Made by a program: the position numbers and the translations under genes. The notes below the pieces were generated by a model. That model was not told the DNA's origin. It saw only the letters and a list, made by a program, of their open reading frames with translations, and did no database searches. A stretch of 63,893 bases of DNA, filler included, from Octopus bimaculoides (lineage: Eukaryota): assembly GCF_001194135.2 (NCBI RefSeq). It is 4 parts of 3 records of this genome, joined end to end, with 100 filler letters (N's around TTAATTAATTAA, not from the genome) between each part and the next. Parts side by side here need not be neighbours in the genome. Positions count along the whole stretch, not along the records: positions 1 to 26,640 come from NC_068989.1; 3 more parts are not named here. One strand, 5' to 3'. Shown here piece by piece: positions 1 to 11,164 of the stretch. Each line of letters begins with the position of its first letter. Within the stretch, counting starts at the first letter, position 1.

Positions 1-20
1 ATATATATATATATATACAA

Positions 21-178
21 TAAGCTTCCGCAGTCTTCCTCCACCCATTTCACTCACAAGGCATTTGTCGACACGGGCTAAAGTAGAAAACACTTTCCCA
101 AGATAGTGCTCTATGGGAATGAACCCGAAACCACTTGACTACAAAGCAAGATTCTTAACCACACAGTCATGTCTGCAC
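21..178 (-). mobile_element. SINE family B, 5' half
   Basis: Reverse complement (…gactgtgtggttaagaatcttgct…ggtttcgggttcattccc…cttgggaaagtgttttctact…gccttgtgagtg…) aligns by eye with the head of the copy at 28960. Confidence 0.75.
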
Positions 179-394
179 CAATGTAATGCTAATATATTTA
201 AATATTATGGAATTATTGAATATTTCTGGTGAATTTCAGGTGGAATTTAACACTATTCTATAACTTACTGCACTAAGTTTGAATTTTCGACACTTTCAAA
301 CATTAAATGCGTCACAGATTACTCGAAAACTTCCATGTTGGTCGTTTTTTTGCTCGTTTCTGAGATGTCTATGCTGTCAGTCAGAATCATTTAA

Positions 395-1085
395 TGCTGG
401 ACAGATGAACTGATTAAACTGCTTGGTATCTAATTCGTCCCGACCTTCTACTGAATAGGAACTGGGGCGAGTTATAAACAAAGAGGAGAGCCAGAAACTG
501 ACCGAAAGGAGGCTATCCTTGAAAGATCGAGTAAAGACAGCGAGCGCCTGCATATATTACGTCATAATTTACCTCTATAGAGAGACCATGACTGTGAGTG
601 GGTGTTTTCTCACGTTGAGTCACGTCTCTTTGAGGAGCTGCAGTTCTGGGTTAATAACAGTCCAAGAATGAGTGTCTTGTACCTAGGATGTCGTCCGATA
701 CACATCACCTTGTATGAGTCAGACAAATGTGGTCAGTGGAAGCTCCTTGGCAGCAATGTATAGAGAACTGGTCGTGGAAAAGAGTAACTATGCCATCGGA
801 GAAACTGGGTGGACTTTAATAAGGACGAACTGTCTTATTTAGGCAGGGGTACTGTCGGGCCGAAAACTACTTAGGATAACTTCCAGAAATCCTTAGCTTG
901 ACAGTTCCACCGACGAACATCACCGGTTTAAGATAATTTCAACAGGCACCGAGGTGCTACAGCCAAGATTGTCCAAGAACCATGCAGAGGCATGCAGAGG
1001 GACGAAACCATTCAGCATCCACACCTTCAATCTCTAGAAACTGCTGAATTGTGGAGTTATGATGAACTGCTGTTGTCACATATAA
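395..1085 (+). mobile_element. Decayed L1/Tx1-clade LINE ORF2, C-terminal fragment
   Basis: Frameshifted peptides KLLGI*F(G)PDLLLNRNWGEL, ERRLSLKDR, DNFQKSLA*Q and DETIQH…ELWSY match the post-RT and zinc-knuckle region of L1/Tx1 ORF2; many stops. Confidence 0.7.
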
Positions 1086-1093
1086 TGACGATA

Positions 1094-1345
<252 letters not shown>

Positions 1346-1556
1346 TTCATTTATTTTCCACAAGGGCGAGGATGGGGGAGGGGACAATACAGAGACAGAC
1401 ATAAAGTGTGAAGGTTTACATATAATAATGAAATGATAACAAAAAAGAAGTATACACAGTATACACTGAAAAGGAAGAGACATATTCATAGCATGCAAAG
1501 GTTAAAAAATTGGCAGGACTGAAAACAATACCTCCACCTTCGCTAAGGCTAAGGTG

Positions 1557-1586
<30 letters not shown>

Positions 1587-1588
<2 letters not shown>

Positions 1589-1800
1589 CCTTTCTACTAT
1601 AGGCATAAGGCCTGAAATTTGGTGGGAAGGGGCCAGTCGATTAGATCGACTATAGTACTTAATTGGTATTTAATTTATCGACCTCGAAAGAATGAAATGC
1701 AAAGTCGACCTCAGCGGAATTTGAACTCAGAACGTAACAATGGGCGAAATGCCGCTAAGCATTTCGCCCAGCGTGCTAACGATTCCGCCAGCTCGCCGCC

Positions 1801-1802
<2 letters not shown>
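1587..1802 (-). mobile_element. SINE family A, full length, type-I tail
   Basis: Element strand starts GGCGGCGAGCTGGCGGAATCG (A-box-like), has GAGTTCAAATTCC (B-box-like) and ends …aggccttatgcctatagtagaaagg; (TAA)n on both sides. Confidence 0.9.
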
Positions 1803-1852
<50 letters not shown>

Positions 1853-3361
1853 TAATAATAATAATAAATAGAGGTAACTCGAATGTGGAATCTGAAAACA
1901 AACAATTTCTATCAGAGTAGGCGCCTTAGGTATGATAAAAAAAATATGCAGACAAATACATAACAAATACATGACAGATACAAAATATCAGGCCTTACAA
2001 ATATATATAACATACAGAAAATTGCACTACTGGGCACTGCACACATTCTACGCAAAACACTTTCAATACAGTAACCATAAGAGCATCACAGCAAACCACA
2101 GCACATACCCAAGGCACACAGAGCTGCGTTCGGTAGTGAAGTGAAAGCACGCTATAAAAATAAAACTACTGAATAATAATAATAATGATAGTAAATTATA
2201 TGTTTACAATAGCACTAAGTTCATAAAATAGATTAAAAGTCTGAGTAATACATAAACCTCAAAGAAGGATATTGCTTGAAGAATCACTGATTTTGAGTGG
2301 TTATAATTCGGGCGTTCACATTTTGACAGTCTCCCACACCTTAAAGCGTTAATTGAGCCCTGAAAGTGAGTGCAAGAAAGTGAAGACTTAAGAATTATTC
2401 AGCACAGCACTTATCCTTTCTAGTATAGGTTTCCATTTCCTTCAATATTTATCGTTGTATTTACGGATGTATGTTTTTAGGAACTCGTTAGTCTGATAGA
2501 AATTTCAGACAGTCTTTTTTCCCCACTTTGTGCGAAAGTCTTTTCGCATGTGTGTGACGTAAAGACATAAATCAAGAAACAATTTTCTCTTAAGACCACT
2601 CATTTATCCGATTTCGATTCCCGATGAAAGCAAGAAAATTGGTCAGGACGGGTCAGACGGGAAGCAAATTTGCTATTAATGATTTTCAACATAGAATTGT
2701 CAGAGCTCTGTGTTATTAACAAACTCGAAGATCTTATAGGATTGTAGAGCGTGGAGGCTGTTGTTCAGTTGAATGATGTAAAGGAATTTGCCTTTGTGAG
2801 ACATTAGTGAGATGAGCCTGTAGAACAGAGGTGCTTTATGGAAGAATAAAGAGCGTATTCAGAAATGGGAAAGAAGTCAGGATTATTTGAAATGTCTGTG
2901 TTTCTGTGGTGGAGAATCAGCTATGTGGCTATACTTATTTGTAATGCCAATAGAGAGCTGTAAATGATTTCGACCGCTGCACCACTAGGATCGTTCAGCT
3001 GCTGAACTTCAAGAAATATTGAAGGCAGAGTTAGAACCAGAACTCCTTGAAGCATTCGTTGCTGAAGTTCAAATAAGGGAGATGACTTATGGGGATTAGT
3101 GTATTGTAAAAAGCGAAACCATTTTTTCAGAAAGAAATTGAAATGCATGTGCGCGTGTGTGAGTGTGTTTGAATATGTGTACCCTGAACTGCACTGGAGA
3201 AATTGATTTAAGATAAAGAATAACATATAAGTGTCTCAAATCTTATTTTATAAAAGACAAGTTGATCTCCGTTTGTCTGTCCATCACAACACATGTATAG
3301 AAAGAGAAGAAAGAGAGGAGAAAAAGTTATTTTTGCTGAGAGAGAAATACAGTGAGACACA

Positions 3362-3395
<34 letters not shown>

Positions 3396-3455
3396 GAGTG
3401 TGTGTGAGTGTGTGTGTGCGTGTATGTGTGTATGTGCGTGTGTGCGTGCGTATGT
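3362..3455. repeat. (GA)n/(GT)n microsatellite
   Basis: Directly visible. Confidence 0.95.
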
Positions 3456-4021
3456 GAAACAGATAGGTAGTGCTGTTGTCATTTAAATAAATGTTATTGT
3501 TCAGTATTCAAACTATTATTATTCTTCATCGAGAAAAGCACCTTGAACATAATTTGAACTATTTATGAAGGCGCGTGCATGATTAACATATACTTTTACC
3601 TAGTAGTAATAAAACGTAAGGCTTGAATTTTTATAGAATGTGATGAAATAGATCCGAGCTGGGCTCTGGCGTAGTTTAGATATTGTCCCTCTTATTAAAT
3701 TTCTTCTATGCTTTAATAATTAAGATCGGTATGTTTCTGTGTATTGTAACAAAACCAAAGACAATGTTTCTGTCAATCACCTCTGCCATCGAAAATAAGC
3801 ATTTTCCCCAATAAAGATAGTTTTGTGCTAGATAAAAGTAAATGCTTTTGATATCACGATAGGATATTCGACTTCCGACTGAATGAGTCGATAAATCATT
3901 GCAGTGCTACACCGTGTTCATAGCTTAGAAACTTATCACTCGTTGTTGTTATTTTTCCATCTAACATTAAAGATTGACCGTGGATAGATGTCGCTTACTA
4001 TTATAAGTAACACACCATCTC

Positions 4022-4080
<59 letters not shown>

Positions 4081-5383
4081 ACATCACTTCGTCATACAAA
4101 TGAGACTCTCAAACCATTAAATATTTCTTCTGAAGCAATGATATATTTTCCTTAAGCAATTAGATAATATTAAATTATTGCTGCATTAAGAATATTTTGT
4201 TCAATGCTATACTGTACTATCGAATAGATTTTATAGATTTTTATCCGAAGCACCACGTATTGTCAAAAGCGAAGAATTTGCCTTTGTTTATAACTTCGTA
4301 AGCAGAAAAAGTGCAAACAACTGGACTTGTTTCAGTTCTCTGCTTGGAGTTCATTCACGACTGTTTATAAACAAATTATTACTCGGTGCATAAGTAAACT
4401 ATTTACACTAATTTTCATACGAATGCAATCTTGATTGCTAACTCTGCTAATAAATTACTGGTGTGTTAAGAGGGTTTCATTTCAATTCAATATTTTACTA
4501 TACCGAGTATGTCTATAAATTTTTAGCCAACACTGTATTCAACCACGTCTACATATACAATATATCTGTGGATAGACTAGTTTCAACCCTATATTGCTGT
4601 TGTGATTATTGTTATTATCATAATCATCATTATTAAATCCGTACTATTTTATCACGCCCACTTTTATGATTATTTGTTTAGATTTTTTGGTAACTTCCGT
4701 CTGTGTAAAATATAAAAACCACCATTATTATTCTCATCAACTATTTATACCTACTCCTCCTCAGGCTCAAATTACCAACATTATTACTATTGTTGTAGCA
4801 CTTGTTGCTTTTAATGCTTATCGTGTATGTTTATCAAGCGGAAAAAATTTAATCGCCGAGAAATTGTTTTGCTTCTGCAAGAATTTCGGTATAAATGGAG
4901 ATCATCTGAACACAGTCGTTTTGCAGATATCAATGCTGTCATTGTTTGTTATTTAGGAATGTAAAGACAAACTTCAACATGGTGTTTGACAAATAATCTG
5001 ACATCAAGGATCAATTATCTAAAAAATATTAAATATCTTGAACAACGAAATATTAATATTCATATTTAAGCAGGCGGTTGTCAATGCCTCTTTAATAATG
5101 AAACTCTTTACTGGAATTAATTGAGCTTCAAAATTATAATTTTATTATAACTAAACACCTCCCAAGCGAATCCCCATAATTAACCATACATTTAAACAGA
5201 GTGTTTATATCGAAGAACATCTCAAAATGCGTCGTATTTCGACAATTCAGCATGCATCACAGAGTCGGCTTGCTAAGTTCATGTCACACTCATACAGGTT
5301 TATGACTACTCCCTTCTCTTTGCAAGAAATGCCTCTAAAAATCAGTTCACTGGAAGTTTTAAAATATTCATTGTTCGGTTGAT

Positions 5384-5416
<33 letters not shown>

Positions 5417-6974
5417 CGAAAAATAATCTACTGTGAGATACTTTAAAGTCTTTAGTTTAAACCATATAAGACATATTTCTGTTTTTCGACTCCAGTGTGC
5501 TTTCTTAGATTACAATTTGTAACATGTTCAGTAGATGCACGTCGAAAATAACGAGAAACATTAGACGATGTATTAGATGAAACAATCAACAAGAGAGCGA
5601 CCTTTAATATTTTAGGGTACCCCAAGGACACATTATTAATATCAAGGCAGAACGACCTTCTTTTCCCAAATGGAATATCAGTGTTTTGAAGAATGCCTCC
5701 ATGACATCTCTGACATATCGAATATATTAACATTCTTTTTTTCCCCCGATATTTTAGAGCATTGAGAGTCGGCAGACATAAAATAATTAGAATAAATCTT
5801 TTTAAATTGGAACAAGATTGATTAATCATTAATATTGCTCATTTATTCCAAATGAAAATATCACTTGGCTCATTATCATCTTCAACTAATATAATTCAAA
5901 ACATGTTCCTTTCTTTTCTGTTTTGTTTTGTTTCGTTTTTCGATTTTGCGATTGTTGTTCTATCCTTGAATGTTATATTTGCTTAATGCCAAAGAACAGT
6001 TTGCACCAACTAGCCTTGATGTATCCACGTCGACGTCCTAAATTTAAATCTGAAATCAGCTGCTCCATCATCTGTGTGTTTGTTTAGCTTAAACATCCGA
6101 TCCTGGCGAAGGAAACTGAGAATAACCATCTTTACTCAAACTTAATAAAAGAAAATTCTGCTCTTGAACGTGTTCTTCATATCACGTGTTCACGTCATCT
6201 AAGGTCAAGACATAGGGTAGGTTAGGTATTGCAAGTAAGGAGGAGTAAGTTATATAAGATTTCAATATGACTCGAGCACTAAAAACAGTTTAAAAGTAGA
6301 TAAGAAATAGAACCGGTTAATAATATTTGGAACTGGGGCAGGAAACTTTGTTTTAAACATAAGTCCCCTAACAGGAAATGTTTGTTTAAAAGATGTCAGC
6401 CGTGAGGATAGCTAATTATTAGGTCATGTAAAGATATTCTGGAACGCTGCTATAATTTCTTAAGTACAAGATAAAATAATTCAAAGTCATTGTCAATTTA
6501 TTGCAAAAATTATCTTTAAAAAATGAACATGTAGGATATTAATAAACTGGCTGCTTGCCGAACTGATGCAGAAATATTCAGTAAGGTGACTAACAAAAAG
6601 TTAGGAAGGATGATAAACAGTGGAAGACGTATCAGTTACAGCCTTTTCCTGTCAAGTCTACCACGTGTCCAATATGATTTCCCTCACGTGTGAGCCATCG
6701 TTACACACAAACTTCGATATATATCTACAGCATAAGCACAAAAAGTCAGTGTTTATTGTTGACAGGGGTTTGATATAAACTAAACTTTGAAATTTAAAGT
6801 GTGGTAGCAATGGCTATAAGGTTACAACTGATAATTCAATCATAATATCATAAACATCGCTTTAAAAAAAAAACAAGTAAAAGGTGAAAATAATATTCCT
6901 GCATTATCAGAATTGTTGATCACTATGCAACAATATTTTACTAATGCACATACAAGTGTATGTGTGTACGCGCG

Positions 6975-7016
<42 letters not shown>

Positions 7017-7024
<8 letters not shown>

Positions 7025-7232
7025 TGCTGAAAAGCTTCTGGCTTTAAGGGTATCACGAAAGGCCTGGTTAGAAGCCCAACCTTCCGAGTTCTTTTACAGG
7101 GCTTAGAAAAACTGAAGAACCGTTGCCATAAGTGTGTGAATCTGAAAGGGGAATATGTTGAATAAAATCATAATTAAGTGATCCTGTATTTTCTTTTACT
7201 TTTTTACCCAAAGCCAAGAACTTTTTTAGCAC
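7017..7232 (+). mobile_element. Mariner-derived MITE, copy 1
   Basis: TIR-like ends cgagggggtgctgaaaagcttctggcttt / aaagccaagaactttttagcac; interior reads LQGLEKLKNRCHKCVNLKGEYVE*, like a mariner transposase C-terminus; second copy at 59505. Confidence 0.8.
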
Positions 7233-7597
7233 AACATAAAAGACATAAATGACACTGTATTATCTGTCATCCAATGTTAAAGCTTAGCAAAGTGAGTAAT
7301 AAATCGTTGGATATTTTGCTCTTGATCCATCAGTGGTTAATGTTTATAGTATAATGAAAAATCAGCCGAGAGTTCGCTTCGGAAATGCACTACTGGAAAA
7401 ATAAGAGAACAGAAAGGAGCAATAAAATTGATTCGTATATAGCTGTAAAGTCAAAATATTTGGTTCCTATACGCTTGATTCAAAGCGAGATCTAACTGGG
7501 TGATATTTTCGACAATTAACTTCTACTAAAGCCTCGATTCGTAAAAAAAAATCTTGCAGTTGAAATTTTGAAAACAGAATCGAAGTCAAGAGCCTAT

Positions 7598-7598
7598 G

Positions 7599-7664
<66 letters not shown>

Positions 7665-7792
7665 ACATACACTCACACACATATAAATAGATAGATAAAT
7701 AACTAGATAGATAGATACATACATCCATCCATCCATCCATACATACATACATACATACATACATACATACATACATACATACATACATACAT
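7598..7792. repeat. Compound (GT)n/(AGAT)n/(CCAT)n/(ACAT)n microsatellite
   Basis: Directly visible. Confidence 0.95.
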
Positions 7793-7920
7793 ACCCTGTT
7801 GTTGATGCTGAAATTCCAATGAAGGAGCCTTGAATCTCGGTTAGAAACCAGCTCTTTCTCTATTGGCAAGAAATCTTGAAATAAAACTGAACAATGACAT
7901 AAATACATGCATGCACACAT

Positions 7921-8300
7921 GGGAATATCAGTGACATTTTTAAGTGCGCAATTTGTGACAGACCATGCCTTTCTTTTGCTGGACTCAAATCTCATTTGCG
8001 GACACATGAAAAATGAAACGCCACCAACTATCTTTGCTTATACGTCTGTTCATACCTTTCAATGCTGTGTATGCCATAAGGTCTGCAAATCTAACGGAAA
8101 CCTCAAAAGACACTTTAAGATCCACAAAGATCAGAACTTAACTGCAGCTTTTGGTGACCCAAATTAAATATGCTATCTATGTGGGTGTCTTTTCAATACG
8201 ATGTCTGATTTAAAAAGCCACATCAGGTGCCATGATTGACCTATGGTGTAAGTACAGGAGGGGGTCAAACTCTGTATAATTAGGCAACCACCATATAACG
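7921..8300 (+). mobile_element. 5'-truncated RTE-like LINE 3' end encoding three C2H2 zinc fingers (disrupted)
   Basis: FKCAICDRPCLSFAGLKSHLRTH, then a frameshift, FQCCVCHKVCKSNGNLKRHFKIH, an in-frame TAA, and CYLCGCLFNTMSDLKSHIRCH. Finger 1 resembles the RTE-BovB terminal C..C.R.C.S..GL.SH.R.H motif; no TGEKP linkers. Confidence 0.7.
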
Positions 8301-8444
8301 CATATATAGACTCACAATGTGTGTGTTGTGCACACGCATGCGTGCGCACCACATAAAACATTTACAGACTCACAATGTGTGTGTGTTGTGCACGCGCATG
8401 CGTGCGTGCATGTTTGTGTGTGTGTGTGTGTGTGTATTTATGTG

Positions 8445-8677
8445 TTATTTCTTTGCTACCCACAAGGGGCTACACACAGAGGGGACAAACAAGGACAGAC
8501 AAACGGATTAAGTCGATTATACCGACCCCAGTGCGTAACTGGTACTTATTTGATCGACCCCGAAAGGATGAAAGGCAAAGTCGACCTCGGTGGAATTTGA
8601 ACTCAGAACGTAGCGGCAGACGAAATACCGCTAAGCATTTCGCCCGGCGTGCTAACGTTTCTGCCAGTTCGCCGCCT
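8445..8677 (-). mobile_element. SINE family A, type-II tail, with 20-bp TSD
   Basis: Near-consensus body; tgtgtgtgtgtatttatgtg occurs at 8425-8444 and 8678-8697. Confidence 0.92.
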
Positions 8678-9043
8678 TGTGTGTGTGTATTTATGTGTGT
8701 GTGAGTGTGTGTGTGTGTATATGTGTCTGTGCGCGCGCAAGCGTGTATGTGTGTACTGGCAAGAAATATAAACCAAAGATCATAGATTCGGTTCTTTGAT
8801 CAGAAACATCAGTGACAAAAGCGATAAACATGTCGCTCTCAATATCCAGCTAGTTGGAGGATATTGCTTAAAAATGCGATAGAAAATTAAATAACTACTC
8901 CTGTATCTTACCCCTAATAAATCAGATGGTTGGCAATGTCTAGCGCTAAAGATTTCGAACATAGAATAGTTTCTCTCTTTTCCCACATCGCACTGAAGTG
9001 TAGGTCAGACTCCAGCTACTCAGTAATTCACCTCACTCACGCG

Positions 9044-9081
<38 letters not shown>

Positions 9082-9106
9082 CTCTCTCTCTATCTATCTC
9101 TCTCAG

Positions 9107-9138
<32 letters not shown>

Positions 9139-9955
9139 GAAGAGAGAGAGAGAGAGACAAAGAGAAACATTAGAGTGTGAAGAGAGCAGTGTTTAAGAAT
9201 GTAATCTACTCCTAAATCGTGTGCATCAAATAGGAACAAATGGCCAATAGGAAGTTAGTCTAATGCTTCTTCATAAAGACACTACTGTTTACGCCATATG
9301 CAATATGCACCACATGCAGCTGTACTATTCAACTTGCATACTTCTCAGAACTAGTTAACAATTTATACTAACTATAAGAATAGGAAGATCAAAATTCCTA
9401 ATCCTCTTTTAAAATGCAAGAACTAAAGAGAACAACAGGCATTATATATCTGAAGTAGAACAACAGCATTTATCTAAAGAAAACAACAGATATTGCATAA
9501 GTAAAGAGAACAGACTCGCAACGTTGCATGTTTTCTTATGAACCATTCTCATCTAAAATTCATTCTATCTCCTACTGCATACGTCAACAAATCCAATTCC
9601 GCCTCCTTGTAATCGTAGTACCTTTATTTAGCTATTTAGCATTAAAATTTACTTTCAACACCAAGATGTTAGTTGTGAGTAGCTGCTTACTCTTTAGAAA
9701 GAAAAGACGCATTCTGTGCTAGAGTAATGTCCATACATCTGGGACAAATCATCCTACACTTTTTTTCATTCAATCATGGGCGAACATTCTAGAAACAACC
9801 ACCCAGCTGGCTTCACACATCGTCACTATACCAACTTACCCATAATTGAGCTGTATTGCATTTCTTTTTTTCTTTTATTACTATTCTAATCACTTCACTT
9901 GCATTGTACTGCTTTATAAAACAATACAAAGCAAATTCTGTATTTGAAACCATGA

Positions 9956-10165
9956 ATGCGGTGAGCTGACAGAATCGTTAACGGGCAAAATGCTTACCGG
10001 CATTTCGTCCGTTTTCACGTTCTGAGTTCATATTCCACCGAGGTCGACTTTGCCTTTCATCTTTTCGGAGTGGATAAAATATGTACCAGTTTAATACTGG
10101 AGTCGATGTAATTGACTTACCCCTCCCTCGACATTGCTGGACTTGCATCAAAATTTGAAATCAAT
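9956..10165 (+). mobile_element. SINE family A, diverged
   Basis: gcggtgagctgacagaatcgtt…gaggtcgactttgcctttcatc…actggagtcgatgtaattgac. Confidence 0.85.
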
Positions 10166-10278
10166 TTTCTTCATGGAAATTGGTACTACAAAAGAACGGC
10201 AAGCGTCACATTACTTTAAAGGAAAATGCTACTGGCTGCAGTGGGATTCAAATTATATGAAGAATTTTAATGATTTCG

Positions 10279-10482
10279 TTTAAATTATAAACTCATTAGA
10301 AGGGAATTTTAATGAGTATTCATGTGTTCTGATCCTTTACCATATCTAAAACTTTTTGCTCTATTTTTCCAATAATTTCATTTAAATTATAAACTCATTA
10401 GAAGGGAATTTTAATGAGTATTCATGTGTTCTGATCCTTTACCATATCTAAAACCTCTTGCTCTGTTTTTCCAATAATTTTA
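10279..10482. repeat. Tandem duplication, 2 x 102 bp
   Basis: tttaaattataaactcattagaaggg… starts at 10279 and again at 10381, with few mismatches. Confidence 0.95.
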
Positions 10483-10750
10483 TTTAGTATATTTTTCAAT
10501 TCAAATAACATTAGATGGGGATGAGAATAATAGCGCGTCGCATTGTATCTAACTCAGCTCTTTGTTGTTGTCAGTTAAAATTCCGCTGGAATCGTCTTCG
10601 TATTTTAGGTTCTCTCTAGGTTTGACCTAATAGATAATAAAGGAGGCAGTTAAAAGACTATGAAATTACTTCAACTAAGAATATCACTAAAATTAACCTT
10701 GTACTTGAGGAAAAAAAATCTACTTTCTCGAAAAATTAGTGTGTACTTAC

Positions 10751-10964
10751 AAACAGCTGTCAGAGAGCCTGAAGCAGTTTGCCGGCCACGTGTTATGTAG
10801 GCTTGTGCTAAAGTGTACCAAAGATATCATTACGTCATTGCAAAGCTTTCGGTTCTTGCTTTGATAGTGTCCGACTGTGTTGATAGAGAAACGAAAGCTT
10901 TGGAACAATGCCAAATTACGTCCTTTGTATGGTGAATGTTTCACACATTATTTTGGATAGACAC
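10751..10964 (-). other. Candidate exon (214 nt; stops in all frames; UTR or non-coding)
   Basis: Acceptor ttgtttatttttcag| and donor TTT|gtaagt. Confidence 0.55.
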
Positions 10965-11105
10965 CTGAAAAATAAACAATCCACTGATTCATGTTTAACA
11001 GACAGTTAACAGAATTTCCGGGCATGATATGACTAGGAGGTAGATTAACAATGTCTTGCTATCTTGTTATAAACTATGGAGCCGTGTAACCACCTGTAAA
11101 TATAC

Positions 11106-11164
<59 letters not shown>

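Noticed and set aside
600-760. DIRS RNase H-like EELQFWVNN motif
   Set aside because: Flanking peptides on both sides fit L1/Tx1 ORF2 in order.
7907-8240. Functional host C2H2 zinc-finger gene
   Set aside because: Frameshift and stop between fingers, no TGEKP linkers, and RTE-type finger 1.
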